Source of the DNA: Oculina patagonica
Lineage: Eukaryota
Direction: 5' to 3'
Assembly (NCBI RefSeq): GCF_052425735.1
Contig: NC_135767.1
Coordinates: 11,842,001-11,906,000 of the forward strand
Length of the DNA stretch: 64,000 nt
Shown: in pieces, positions 37,960 through 51,003 of the stretch
Layout: each line of letters opens with the position of its first letter
How positions within the stretch are numbered: position 1 is the first letter of the stretch
Position numbers and translations under genes: made by a program
Notes under the pieces: generated by a model
The model's database searches: none
Told to the model about the DNA's origin: nothing
Seen by the model: only the letters and a program-made list of their open reading frames with translations

Positions 37960-39068
37960 TCTCAGCACTTCATAGCTTTCAGTGTTTGCGATTTTACAAA
38001 TAATCCTTTCGGACCTTTGTGGACCTAACGACATTCTTATTCTTTATTAATGATCAGATATCATTAATCTCAGTGCAGTAGTAACAGACAGGAGAAAAGT
38101 GTTTTTTTTTTCCCAAGATAAACTTGTATTCTTATATAAGAAATCAGTACTAAAAATGTGCATTCATCCTTCAGTACCTTCCTTAATTTTAAACGGTTCT
38201 GACTCGAAATTTGAGAAGCCTGCAATAAACGTTTTTAAACTAAGGCTTTTAAAAAAGCCTTAGTTTAAGGCGGGACTTAACATAAAGGTTCTTTTTCTGC
38301 CGCGTTTCATGAGTTTTTTTGGAAATATCTCTTTCGCTTTTTAATTAATGCAAACACCCTATGCTCGTACCATAAATCTATGTTTAGGGATGTTGTGTAA
38401 ATATTTGGGTGACTTTGGGAGATTTTTGGGAGGTGATAGTTTTTCTTAAAGGAGTTGTAAAATTTAGAGAAATAAGAAATATTGAAGATTTGGTGTAGTT
38501 TTAATATTAGAATTTGAAATTTAAAACTAGTAGGCGGACACGAGACCGTCTCCTAACAGCCTGCAGAGCTCTTACGTGGGGGTCAACTGTCTGTTGGTGT
38601 TCAAAAAATAATTTTCTTCCCTTTATTCCTTTTATAAATTGCTATCAATTTCACTCAAATTTACGTTAAAATACGTATTCAATCTCAAATCCACTAAAAT
38701 GCTTTATTTGAAAACATGTTAATGCACAAGCCTTTGGATTTTTGTTTTTGTTTCGGTGTTTCGGCAACTTCTTTAAATTAGTCTGTCAATTTGAAGAAGT
38801 GACCTAACTCTCTCGAATTCGGAAATAGTCCGTTTTGGGGAAAAAATAAAATGAAATAAAATAAACATGAACAAAACATAGAAGCGGTCTGCTTTCATAA
38901 AAAATGTCTTTATTGCCAAGAGAAAAAAACAGTAACCAATACACTAAATGGCTACTAGATACCTATGATAACTAACTGATCATAACCGTGTAATTCTTCT
39001 TTTCAACTCGACTTTATTGAAGCTGTTTGCTTGAGAGCTGTTTAAACATGTTTCAAAGGAAACAATTA

Positions 39069-39243
39069 CAGTCAACTCTCGTTAAAGCGGACACGCTCGG
39101 GGCGTCGTTTAGTGTCCGTTACCGCGAGAGTCCGTAATGATGGGGGTCATTCCCAGTGAAACCTCTTTCGCCGGGGATCTGGATTTTGTCCGTAATAGCG
39201 AGTTTCCGCAATAGCGGGGTGTCCGCAAGGCGAGAGTTGACTG
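39069..39243. mobile_element. Tc1/mariner-pogo-type MITE
   Basis: TIR CAGTCAACTCTCG...GCGGACAC, TA on both flanks. Confidence 0.85.
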
Positions 39244-39589
39244 TAGTAGGTTCACCAAGTTTTACATCAGCTACTGAATTTAATGACTCCACACTGCCAG
39301 AACACACCGGTGAGTTCACCATCGTCACTCTTCGGAATCAATTGCCCAAATGAACCGATTTAAGCCCTTGGAGTATATTTCACTTATGATCAGAAACTGC
39401 TTAAAGAATAGAATTTCATTGAAAGAAAAAAAAACCTTATCAACATTGGTCCTCGAGGAGGCTATCAATTTACGGAAAGGTGACAATAATAAAATCTTTT
39501 TTCATCCCAAAATTTGTTTACACATGCTCGCTTTTGCCCACACCTACGAATTTGTTAAACAATCGAATCAATTAATTGCTATTTAAATT

Positions 39590-40150
39590 CCTGTCGAAAG
39601 GAACAGACAAAGTAACACGCTTGTCAGCAATAAATGAATACGGGGAAGGCGGCTTAAAAAAATGATCGACCTAGAAAGCATGGTTAAATCTCAAAGAATA
39701 GCATGTCTAAAATGTAAAGTACTCAACAATATATTTTACACGAACACGAAATTACAAGAAATTGGTTACAGAACAAATGAGTTATGAACTATCTGTGAGG
39801 CTGTACCAGAAACTTCGTATCATTTTTTTTACCTGTGTCCCCACGTCAGGCAGTTTTGGAATAATTTTTATTCTTACTGGTACCTCTAATCAAATCAAGT
39901 AGTTCGTCTTACTTTTACTTTTTTACAAGATGTTTTATTTGAAATAACATCAAAACAATCCCTTCATTTGACATACTAAATTAATTTGTTATTATTGGAA
40001 AATTGTTCTTGTGGGACTGCAGAAGAAACTAAACATATCCTAATTATATAGTTCAAGGTTATCAGAAAAAAAAAGTACTTACATATGAAACTAAAAAGAA
40101 AATTACTAATAAAAGATATTTCGAAAAGAAGTGGATATATTCTCCAAGGT
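39590..40150 (+). mobile_element. L1/Tx1-type LINE ORF2 3' remnant
   Basis: Broken frames give KGTDKVTRLSAINEYGEGGLK-MIDL, KVLNNIFYTNTKL and C..C....ET..H.F..C (zf-RVT-like). Confidence 0.7.
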
Positions 40151-40769
40151 AATTAAGTAGAAAATTATAGTGTTAAATTCGCTTTTTTTCCTTTTTTTCT
40201 CGTGTGGTTGCTGCTGTTGCGGTTTTTCTTTCTTTTCTCCTTCGTGATGTTGCTTGTTTAATTTAGATGATTTTAAAGTTCAATCCACTTATGTAAATTT
40301 GCTATATGACAATTGTTATCCAACTGTTACTTAATTGTAAATTTAACATGTTATACCTTTTATTCCAATTACCTATGTGATGTAAACTGTGTAGATATCA
40401 ATAATCAAAAGCCCTCTGGGCTTAGTGTCTTGTGACTCTTTTCAGAGTTTAATTTATTTGAAAATAGACAACTTTTCACGTCTATTTATTGCTTGTAAAG
40501 ATATCGAAAATTAAAAAGCGTGCATCTAACATAAAGAAACATTTAGACTCCTCACCCCTAAAATTTAAACTAAAACTAAAGCTACTTTTGTCGCTCGATA
40601 AAAGTTGTGACATTCACAACACGATATACGAAACTCTTGATTCACTTGTCAATTCAGAAACCTTTGTCGTGAATGCTTGCGCTGAACTTCACGATTTCAC
40701 AGCTAAAGATAAAAACAAAGGTTTATTCCAACTACAAAAGGTTCTCACGCGAAAGGCTTAAAATCCAAC

Positions 40770-41130
40770 TAAAAAATATATATAAGATTTGGGACCTGAA
40801 AGACAACAACACCGAATTTTCGATCAAGTGGTCCATTGTCACGAGAGCAAGCGCTTACAGGGGAAACCCGTCACGCTGCAATTTGTGTCTGACGGAAAAG
40901 CTCTGCATACTATCAGCTGACAGATCCACCTTCTTGAACAAAAGATCTGAGCTTGTTACCAAGTGCAGGCACGAAAACAAGTACTACACGGCCAATCAGA
41001 GACAGGATCGTTCCAACCGTCCTCCATGAACGTAGTTTAAATTGTATTTCACCACATCTAACGACACAGTCTGATGATCGCTTCGTGCGTGAAACTCTGA
41101 GTAACTGTCCATGAAGTTTCTATCTTTAAT
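40770..41130 (+). mobile_element. Penelope-like element 3' fragment
   Basis: IWDLKDNN...IKWSI...CNLCLTEK...LNKRSELVTKCRH resembles the C-terminus of PLE GIY-YIG regions and is followed by a hammerhead motif. Confidence 0.8.
41066..41108 (+). ncRNA. Minimal type I hammerhead ribozyme
   Basis: ACAGT-CTGATGA-tCGCttcgtGCGt-GAAAC-tctga-GTA-ACTGT. Stems I, II and a short stem III are formable. Predicted cleavage after 41103. Confidence 0.75.
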
Positions 41131-42058
41131 TATTGTATAAGATTACATGCTTAAAGTTTTGAAATCGATGCCTTAATAGTATCCATTCCGATCACTATCA
41201 CGGTAATTAAGCGTCCTTCTTGATTCATACTAATTGATCGTTGCTATTTCTGTCAGGCGGATAATGTTTGTACTTATTATTGTCACGCGACTTGTTTCCG
41301 ACACCTTATCAAAAGCGATTTTTCCAAGCAGCCGAAAGTAGGCTTGACTTAAATTCAAAGTACACTCCAGCATGTAGCCGTTGAACAGTTATAGGACTCC
41401 GATAACAGCACAAAAAGAATACAGACACATACAGATTCATAAGCATTTATCTGTCACAGATAATTCTTAAATATCTTAAAAAGGTCAACAAAGTCACAGA
41501 TTCTCCTTTGTTGTTTTGTGTCTGTGACTGATAAGAACGTTTTCAGCCTCACGTTTCAATAAACTCACGCACACTACCAAGCAAAGTTTCATGGTTGACC
41601 TTTCGCGTGTGTCTTCGAGTAATACTCAAATTGAAGACACGCAAGGAAAATAATGTCCACGGGATCAGTTGTTTTGAACTAGTTTAATCAGCACAAATTC
41701 TAACTTGCCTAAGCTAGCTAGTCAACTGAAGTAAAGGCACACATGTGGTTCGACTACTACGGATTACATCTTTGAAATAGGATCTAATCAAAAATGGAAA
41801 CGGCAAAAAAAAGGTTTTCCTGACATATTGTCGGTCGACATACCTACAGTTCTGTAAGGCGCAATCCTGTTTAAGACATGCTTTTCCCCTATTGCTGTAC
41901 CAAAATCATAAAACACATTGTTCTCACGAAACGGTAGCTATTATCTGATTGACTAATATGACTAGAATGGTGGGAATCTCGTGTGATTGCTTTTATCACT
42001 AAGAAAAGCAAACAAAAAGCTTAAAAATAAACGCAACTGTCAGTGTAAACAGCATCTG

Positions 42059-42297
42059 CAGACCTCTCAAGTCTCACGATTTTGTCTTGAGACTCACGGT
42101 TTTCACTTCAATCTCACGATGAGAAACAGAAATCTCACGAAAAAACAGAGTAACAAGTCATTTGATTAGCGCCTGGTTTAAGGACTCTTTTAGCTATTTT
42201 TGTCCGTCAGTTGATCAATCTCCCGGTTTTTACTGAAATCTCCAGATTTTTTTACCTCAATCTCTAGATTTCCAGTGCTTTGAGGTTGAGAAGTCTG
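42059..42297. mobile_element. MITE with CAG...CTG termini and 6-bp TSD (hAT-like)
   Basis: TIR CAGACCTCTCAA / TTGAGAAGTCTG, CATCTG on both flanks, internal TCTCACG repeats. Confidence 0.65.
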
Positions 42298-44459
42298 CAT
42301 CTGTTTTGTTTAAATCTGATGATCGCATTTTTCGGCATTTACTAAAAAAAGAAAATTTTGACATGGCGGGAAAAATATTGACATGGCGGGAAAATTCCGC
42401 GGCCTCAGAAAGCAAATACGCATGGAATGCACCTTGTCCCCTGTAGTATTATCTTGTGTCTTCATGACTACGTCATGACGTCACAAGACAAAAAGAAAAA
42501 AAAGGTCCTGCCCACGAATTAGCACCAAGCGTGAGAGTCCCTCGGACAACAAAATGTCAACATATAGTGCTTTGTGTCGTTTCGAAATATCAGGATGAAA
42601 CTATGTGACACAAACATGATAAAGAAATTGATTCAAATGGTTTCCTGCTTGAAATAAATCGTGCAAATAGGTAATACGAGCATCAGTAAGGAGGTCTTTA
42701 CAACGTGTGTAAATACGGCCTATTTGAGCCGAGTGGTATTTGAGAGCCAATTGTGTAAATAGGATTCAACAAAGCTGCGTTAGCCAGGGATCAAACACAA
42801 CAAATTTACTGTAGCCTGGGTTGCAGCCGGGCGTGTTACAGAATCCTCGATATAGTCTGTCTGCGTAACGACTTCCAAAAGCTCGTTCCGATATCCCGCA
42901 GGTTTGCAAGGAACTGTGTATTCACTTTTGTTTGGCTAGTTTTATATTACTGTCATTACTCTCTAACGCGCTTTTGTTTTGCGGTCATGCTGACAGTCTT
43001 CCTTTGTTTTTCCTGTGGAAACGAAATGTTGGAGATTTCTGAAGATGGTTTGAAAAAGCCGTTCAGATTAACCTGCATAATTCCTCTGATGTCAATTCCT
43101 CTCCAAGCACACGAAGCAAGCGAGGAAACGGCTAGCGAACGAGCGTGCCTTGACTGCAACGCGGGCTTTGTTCAAAAGTGTAAAAAGAGCAGTTTGAAAT
43201 TAAGTTGATCATCTTCGTAATACGCTGGACGCAGCGTTCGAAATAAACAGGAGGACTCACTGCGGGAATTTTTTAGAGGTCACAATGTGTTCGTAAATTG
43301 CCAACAGGATACATCCGAATGATAATAACAATAACGCCTTTATATTTATCCTAGAAAATAAAATTTTTCGGCATTAAAGGGATGCTTAAAGGGTTGCCAT
43401 AAGCTCAAATTATCTTACTTCACAAACAAAACATTTACATAGTCCAGTAGACTTTTCATTATATATAACTTAGATGTTTGTTAATTGAGATAAACGTAGC
43501 TGTTATGATGAACGGAAGGAGCGGGTACACATAACAGCCGCTTTTGAATAAATATTTCATATCCTTAATGCCTCTTTTCTACTTGTATACCGTTTCGAAG
43601 GATGGCCTATGGAATTTGACAATGGGGGAAAAAGAAACCTAAAAACATCTAAACAAACCAAGCGGAAGAAGTTTTTAGAGTTTTAAAGTTTTAAGCCAGC
43701 GTGGTTATTGAGGGGTGGGAACATATTTTAAAAGTTTACTAATTTATATGCAAATATAACAAATATTCGCCCAGTAGGGCCTCAAACGCACCGTGGACGT
43801 CCGGAAATTTTAACTCATTTTTGTACGAAACTTTACAATCTTTAAGTAACTTCTGTCAAGTTTTTAAGAAATTTTGTTTTCAAATACGTCATATTTTGTC
43901 ACGAAATTATTCATTCGAATACGTGAACAAAATAACCATTAAGGGGGCAGTATGATGGGGATTTTGATGCATTTGTGTCCACAACAGAGCTACAATTATG
44001 ACTTAATAGCTTCGCTCATTCATTCACAATACGCGCCTAGAACACAAAGGTGAAGATAAAAAGTGAAACATTCAAAGGAAAGCAAAGTGTAATTAGTTTT
44101 TAACGATTTATTCAAAACACATAAGCAGAGTTTGAAACGTGCGCAGATGATACTTATGATTATACCTCTTTTTTCACTTTTTTTCATTTTGTTTTTAACA
44201 AAGCTAGACCATATTTTAGGTTTCTATTAATGTAAATATTTCTTTTGACTTTTGACTTTTCCAAGTGGTACTCATGATACTGCCTCTTTAAGATCGACAA
44301 TTATACCGTTGAATTGCGTGCGGTTTGACTCATCTGTTACAAAGACAGCTGTTTGAACTGTTTCAAACAATAAATTGTAGAACCGCGTGACTAACTACTA
44401 ACAATGATATGCGTCTCAGGTAAGTTTCATCTTCCAGAACAAGCCGATCTCAAGTGACA

Positions 44460-45395
44460 ATGGAAAGCTCCACGGCCTATGCAGAATACAAGGATATTCT
44501 CCATGTTCTTCTTTGCACAGACCATTTATCAGGACAACATTGGTTTTTAATTTCTGCTATAAACTTTCTGTTCTCCATTACTGCAATCATTGGGAATACC
44601 CTGATACTAGTTGCATTGCACAAGGAGTCTTCTCTTCATCCGCCATCAAAACTGTTGTATCGCTGCCTCGCAAACACTGATATTTTGGTTGGCCTTATTT
44701 CAGAACCAAGTGCTGCAATATATCAGGCATTCAGGGTAACTGAAAACCTCTCGACTGATCTTTGTTTTTACTCAGGAGTCTTCTATACAGTCAGTTTCAC
44801 AATATTGTCTGCAGTGTCTTTGCTAACATTGACAACAATAAGTGTGGACAGAGTTCTTGCTCTGTTGTTGGGGTTGAGATACAGACACATTGTAACTCTG
44901 TGGCGAGTACGAGCGTTAGTTATCTCATTTTGGATTTCCAGCCTTGCTATTTCTTCAATGATAATTTGGAATTTCACGGTTGCGAAAAGTTATAGCTATG
45001 CATTGATATTACTTTGCATTATAATGTCAACCGTTTGTTATTCGAAAATATTCCTCACGCTCCGCCATTATCAGACTCAAGTTCACCCGCACCAAGCACA
45101 ATCGAACGGAGGAGCAATTTCTCAGAATATAGCACGATACAAAACGACAGTTTTTGCCGCAGTGTGGGTACTAGTTGCATTAGTGGCTTGTTATTTGCCA
45201 TATAGTATAGTCATAGCTGTAATTACAAGTTATGGATCATCTCCATTTCTCGATGTCATCTGGGAATTAACAGCAACTCTTGTTTATTTAAACTCGTCTT
45301 TAAACCCGATTCTATATTGCTGGAAGATCCAAGAAGTAAGGCAAGAGGTGAAGAACACGATCACTCAGTTTCACTGCTGGGCAAATGATGTGTGA
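44460..45395 (+). CDS. Class A GPCR, cluster member 4
   Basis: 311 aa from ATG 44460, 7TM, SVDRV, CYLPY and NPILY. Confidence 0.92.
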   Translation: MESSTAYAEYKDILHVLLCTDHLSGQHWFLISAINFLFSITAIIGNTLILVALHKESSLHPPSKLLYRCLANTDILVGLISEPSAAIYQAFRVTENLSTDLCFYSGVFYTVSFTILSAVSLLTLTTISVDRVLALLLGLRYRHIVTLWRVRALVISFWISSLAISSMIIWNFTVAKSYSYALILLCIIMSTVCYSKIFLTLRHYQTQVHPHQAQSNGGAISQNIARYKTTVFAAVWVLVALVACYLPYSIVIAVITSYGSSPFLDVIWELTATLVYLNSSLNPILYCWKIQEVRQEVKNTITQFHCWANDV

Positions 45396-48300
45396 AAAAA
45401 AATTATTTCGCTGTGTTCGGCTTTAATTTGTGCTTCGGCTTTTAAAATTTGTGTTTCGGTGAACTTTACCTTGTTGCTCGATTACTGAAAAGTACTCAAA
45501 ATCAGAAGACAATTTTCATTAATAGGAAACACAAAATATACAAATTTGGTTAAACATGTCTGTCAAAATGTAGTTGCCATGGTAACGTAAGTTCCCGATA
45601 TTTGTTTTCAAGTTTCCTAATAAAATAATTAATTTCCGCAGTAAACTTCATCCGGCGACTCAAGCTACACAGATTTGAATATTTTATAAGCAAGAGACCG
45701 TTAAAAAAAAATGGGTTCATCGAAAAGAGAAAATACAACTTGGATGAAACATGGTCACCGGGCCGAGAAAAAAAGGAACTGAAAGAGGAAGATAATCGTT
45801 TATTTCTATTGTGCAAAACAAATTTATAAATTTAGACCATGAAGTAATAATGCAATCTTGACAACATTCTAGATATTATGTTGTGCTTACTAATACAGTT
45901 CATGCAAGCCGTGTGACTTACGCAAACTTCGGACTGAGTGTTACTAAACTGACTGCTTTTAAAGTGGTATTTGCTGTTCTGCACCCTGCCTTTCAAGCCA
46001 AAGCGGGTAGATAATTATTAACCACCTGATTGTAAGCTTCTCAAGCTTCTTGTTTAAAGTATAAGTTCTTAAGGCAAAGAAATTTATTTGAAATGACTTG
46101 CAAAACTCTGAGGCAGTTTGTATCCAGAGCTCCCGCTTGAGCACGATGGGGCAAACATGACGTTTTGAAAACGTTTGGTAAAAATAAATCAATTTGGTCG
46201 AGCTTTATTCTTTGTCTTCGTTCAGCACTTCAAAGAGCTTAAAGTAAATATACTGTATGTGCTTCTGTAGCGAGAAAATTTACAGCTTAAAGTCTAGATA
46301 GACTCGCAGTAATAAGAAAAAGACTCACGTCTCACAGGACATCACGGCATGGGATCAGAAAATCAACTTACGGTCAAGGAAAATCAAGTCATTTTCGTTA
46401 TAAAAGCAGGCTTAGCAATTCAGTAGAGTTTACTACCTTACATCTGAGATAAGCTTCCTTTCACCACAATCATTTTAGCCTAATTGTACCCTTAATGATG
46501 ACAGCCGCAGATTCAAATGCAACCAAACAAACTCGAATTGCACAAGGAGTCCGAAGTTATCTATCTATATCTGTTCAGCTGTCGAACGTAAATACCAAAT
46601 TAACGCACTGAGGTTCCGTTAAACTCACATATTAAAAAGGCAAATAGAAAAGAGCAGTTGGGTAATAACTTGCAGATGTTTTGCCGTGTAGCCGTTGACG
46701 CTGAGTAATGTCAACCGTTGTCTGTATTTTGTCTTGCCCTGCGAGCTCTATTTGTAGTCTACAATTTTTTTAATTTCCATTACACACGGAAACCTCGTAC
46801 CCAGACCTAATGCGTGCAAACGTGCAGACATACGCGACCCCCAATATTTTGTAGATTCGATGGATGTACCAATTTTGCTTAGTTATGGATGCTCCGCTAA
46901 AAAAAAAAATATTGCCACGAGAGGAAACAGTATCCAATGCATTGACTATCAGATTTCTCTGAAAACCAGTTGAACATTTTCGTGATGCTGAATTCTTCAA
47001 CTCTTCATTAGTTAAACAGTAACTCTTTTTGACTGTCATGTGTCGCTTTATTCAGTTACCATCTTGTTGCCATGTTCACTGATGACTATTTTCGTTTCAT
47101 AACACGAAATTAACTCCAAAAAGCGCTTTCCGCTATAAAGTGCCAGTTAGGAGAAAAATACAATGACAATATGCTTTGTGTCGTTTGCAAATGCCACGAT
47201 GAAAATATATGATGCATTAATAATGCGATTTACTGCTTCAAATGAAGACTGAAAGGAGGTTCAAGTATAAATTACTAAGGAAGTCTTTAACAGAAACAAA
47301 GGAAGTTTAAGCATAAGTAACTAAGGAAGTCTATCTCATAATGTGTTTAACTTACTTCCTTAATAGGCCTCTTTGCGTAATGTGGTACATTAAGCCCAGA
47401 ATGTGTAAATAGGCTTCAGCAAAACTCTACATAGCGGTCAAACATGGCAAACAGCTTGTCAATATTGTATTTAAGTACTTTAATTTTCTTATTTTAGTTT
47501 CCGCTCTAATAAACAGAACTTTTAAAAGTGTCTCCAATATCACGGATTTTAAAAGATTTTTGAACAGCTAGAATGATATATTTGCGTCGTAGGAAACTTT
47601 ATAATGATGGTCCATTTTTATTGCAAATTGCTATTTTAGAGCACTCAAACTGTTTAAAAGCGAGTTTGGCTGCGAATGGCTCTAATGGAAATGGATTGCA
47701 ATTTTAAAACGTTAACCAACGTTTTCAATTTGTTTCCGCGCGCCTTCAAAATGATCGATAATCATAGCCGAAGTTTGATTTCTATCCCCAAATAAAGGTT
47801 ATATCTTCAGTTAAATATTCAAAGATAGTGTTTTCATGAATAAAGTTGCCTACCACTTATATCAAAGCAGTTTAGACCAAAAATCTGCGAAATCCTTGTG
47901 ACATGGTCCCTTTAACGCAGTTTCATCGTTACGAACTTTAGTCGTTTACTTCATTTGGCCGCTTGCTTTACTTGGCTAGCTTGTTTGAAGAAATAGAGGC
48001 AGTCATTTTTAAGCGGGGATGATAAACCTACCTAGGTTTATATCTTTAACGGAGAATGATTTTTTTTTTTGTTTCGTTTAACGAGTTATCAAAAGCTCGG
48101 TGTGCCTCACCTCCCGAACCAAGAGACAAAAAATTATATATTAATACATAGGTCATTAGACTTTTCATTATTTAAATGTATATTATTCGTTATGACGAAC
48201 GAAAAGCTCGGACACTCACTCCGCTTTTGGATGAACTATTCAATATCCTTCACGCATCGTTATCCTTTGAATAATCTTTCAAAGGATGGCCTACGAAACT

Positions 48301-48596
48301 TCTCAATAGCAGGGAAAAAACCTTAACAATGATTAAACATACTGAGCACAAGAAAGTTAATTATGATAAAGATGCCAACTGGATGTGTACCACAAATAGA
48401 ACTGTTTTAAGTGGTTCTCACTACGTACTAAAAAAAAGAACAATATCAGCATGGAAAAATGGATTTTTGCTTTTTCTTTACTTTAATTATTAAAAAATGA
48501 TTTCAGTTGTAGGCACGGGGGTAGAAGATTGAGGAAGGGGGTCAAAAGTTATGGAAGAGCGGAAGACTAGTCTTATTTTAAAGGTAAAACGTCTAT

Positions 48597-49723
48597 TTAA
48601 CAATTAGATTATGAGCTCGAGATTTCTATCGTGTGATAGTTGATGAGGGCGAAGCCCGAATCAACTATCACACATAGAAATCGAGAGCGAATAATCTAAT
48701 TGTTTTAGTATAAATCTACTAGACGTTCAAAACTTTTCAAGACAGGCTCTCGTTTTTATTGAATAATGATGCAAATAAGTCACACAACACGCGGATAATA
48801 GACAACTGCACCACATTGCATTGGCTTCTGTTGCATTTCATTCACGATTTATTGAAACCGTTATATGCCCGAAACTGAAGGAAAAGCCAAGTTTTTTATT
48901 GTAAAATGACGATTGAAAGATGTACTGACGTACAAGGGCCCTTGGAAGTCAAGTTTTTTTAAATTCGAAAACGTAAAAGATTAAAAAAAAGTTAAGCGAG
49001 TTGTTCGCAAGGAAGAAACCACATTGCACTGTTTAGCTTCTGTGTGCGCCTTTGCATTTCATTCACGATTTATTTAAACCGTCGTTTGCTCGAAATTGAA
49101 CTAAAAGCCGGATTTTCATTGTAAAATGACAATTTAAAGATAGACTGACTTACAAAGGCCCTTTGGAAGTCAAGTTGTTTTAAATGTAGGAAATGTGAAC
49201 GATAAGAAATTTATGAAAAGTTGAACGAGTCGCCCGCAACCTTGAATTCGCTTTCAATTTTGTTGTTTTATTTAAGTCTCATTGATGCATAAAAAAACTT
49301 GCAGGTCGAATCTGTTTAGCCTTTCTTTTACTGCTCCTCGATGGGACGATGAAACTGTGTTAGTTTGCAAAGACATTTTAAACTTTATTTCCACAAAATG
49401 TCTCGGTGAAACGCATCTCTGAATGTTATAAAATTATAGATTCGCCCGCTTTTAAAAGCGTAAATGAATATTAATTGCTTTTCTTACCGTGTAAAATCTT
49501 CATTACATATTTCGGTACAGTCTTTATCTTCTCCAACATCGCCTGGAATAGTAAATAATCCAAGACCTTCTTTACGGTCAATTTAAAAGCGAAAAAGCGG
49601 TGACCATTCTGTCGACAACCGCACGCTGTTTTGCTACTCACCTTCTACAACAGAATAGATAGTGAGTAGCGTAGCCAATCAGAGAACAGCATTCGTGATA
49701 GAACGCTAGTAGATTTATACTAA
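48597..49723. mobile_element. Non-autonomous hairpin-terminated element without TSD (candidate Crypton-type)
   Basis: Absent from the duplicated copy (empty site GTCTAT|ACCTAA at about 54204). Hairpin of about 106 nt at the left end. 48705-48722 is the perfect reverse complement of 49706-49723. Confidence 0.85.
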
Positions 49724-50067
49724 ACCTAAATAGTATAATAAATGCCGTGTATTCACCAAGTAGGTACTTATGATTAAACCTCTGTTTTTCACTTTTTTCA
49801 TTTTGTTTTTAACAAAGCTAGACCATATTTTAGGTTTCTATTAATGTAAATATTTCTTTTGACTTTTGACTTTTCCAAGTGATACTCATGATACTGCTTC
49901 TTTAAGATCGACAATTATACCGTTTAAATACGTGCGGTTTGATTAATCTGTTACAGCTGTTTGATCTGTTTCAAACAATAAATTGTAGAACCGCGTGACT
50001 AACTACTAACAAAGATATGCGTCTCAGGTAAGTTTCATCTTCCAGAACAAGCCGATCTCAAGTGACA

Positions 50068-51003
50068 ATGGAAAACTCTACGGCCTATGCAGAATACAAG
50101 GATATTCTCCATGTTCTTCTTTGCACCGACCATTTATCAGGAAAACATTGGATTTTAATTTCTGCTATAAACTTTCTGTTCTCCATTACTGCAATCATTG
50201 GGAATACCCTGATACTAATTGCATTGCAAAAGGAGTCTTCTCTTCATCCGCCATCAAAACTGTTGTATCGCTGCCTCGCAATCACTGATATTTTGGTTGG
50301 CCTTATTTCAGAACCAAGTGCTGCAATATATCAGGCATTCAGGGTAACTGAAAACCTCTCGACTGATCTTTGTTTTTACTCAGGAGTCTTCTATACAGTC
50401 AGTTTCACAATATTGTCTGCAGTGTCTTTGCTAACATTGACAACAATAAGTGTGGACAGACTTCTCGCTCTATTGATGGGGTTGAGATACAGACAAATTG
50501 TAACTCTGAGGCGAGTCCAAGCGTTAGTTATCTCATTTTGGATTTCCAGCCTTGTTATTTCTTCAATGATAATTTGGAATTTCACGGTTGCGAAAAGTTA
50601 TAGCTATTCATTGATATTACTTTGCATTTTAATGTCAACCGGTTGTTACTCGAAAATATTCCTCACGCTCCGCCATTATCGGACTCAAGTTCACCAGCAC
50701 CAAGCACAATCGAACGGAGGAGCAATTTCTCAGAATATAGCACGATACAAAACGACAGTTTTTGCCGCAGTGTGGGTACTAGTTGCATTAGTGGCTTGTT
50801 ATTTGCCATATAGTATAGTCATAGCTGTAATTACAAGTTATGGATCATCTCCATTTCTCGATGTCATCTGGGAATTAACAGCAACTCTTGTTTATTTAAA
50901 CTCGTCTTTAAACCCGATTCTTTATTGCTGGAAGATCCAAGAAGTAAGGCAAGAGGTGAAGAACACGATCATTCAGTTTCACTGCTGGGCAAATGATGTG
51001 TGA
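50068..51003 (+). CDS. Class A GPCR, cluster member 5 (tandem duplicate of member 4)
   Basis: 311 aa from ATG 50068, about 18 aa differences from member 4. Confidence 0.92.
   Translation: MENSTAYAEYKDILHVLLCTDHLSGKHWILISAINFLFSITAIIGNTLILIALQKESSLHPPSKLLYRCLAITDILVGLISEPSAAIYQAFRVTENLSTDLCFYSGVFYTVSFTILSAVSLLTLTTISVDRLLALLMGLRYRQIVTLRRVQALVISFWISSLVISSMIIWNFTVAKSYSYSLILLCILMSTGCYSKIFLTLRHYRTQVHQHQAQSNGGAISQNIARYKTTVFAAVWVLVALVACYLPYSIVIAVITSYGSSPFLDVIWELTATLVYLNSSLNPILYCWKIQEVRQEVKNTIIQFHCWANDV

Noticed and set aside
44420-44437. GTAAGT...CAG micro-intron upstream of members 4 and 5
   Set aside because: About 18 nt is too short for splicing, and the paralogous sequence lacks the donor.
44460-51003. 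Positive selection between GPCR members 4 and 5
   Set aside because: About 18 nonsynonymous to 7 synonymous changes is near the neutral site ratio, so there is no evidence from this pair alone.
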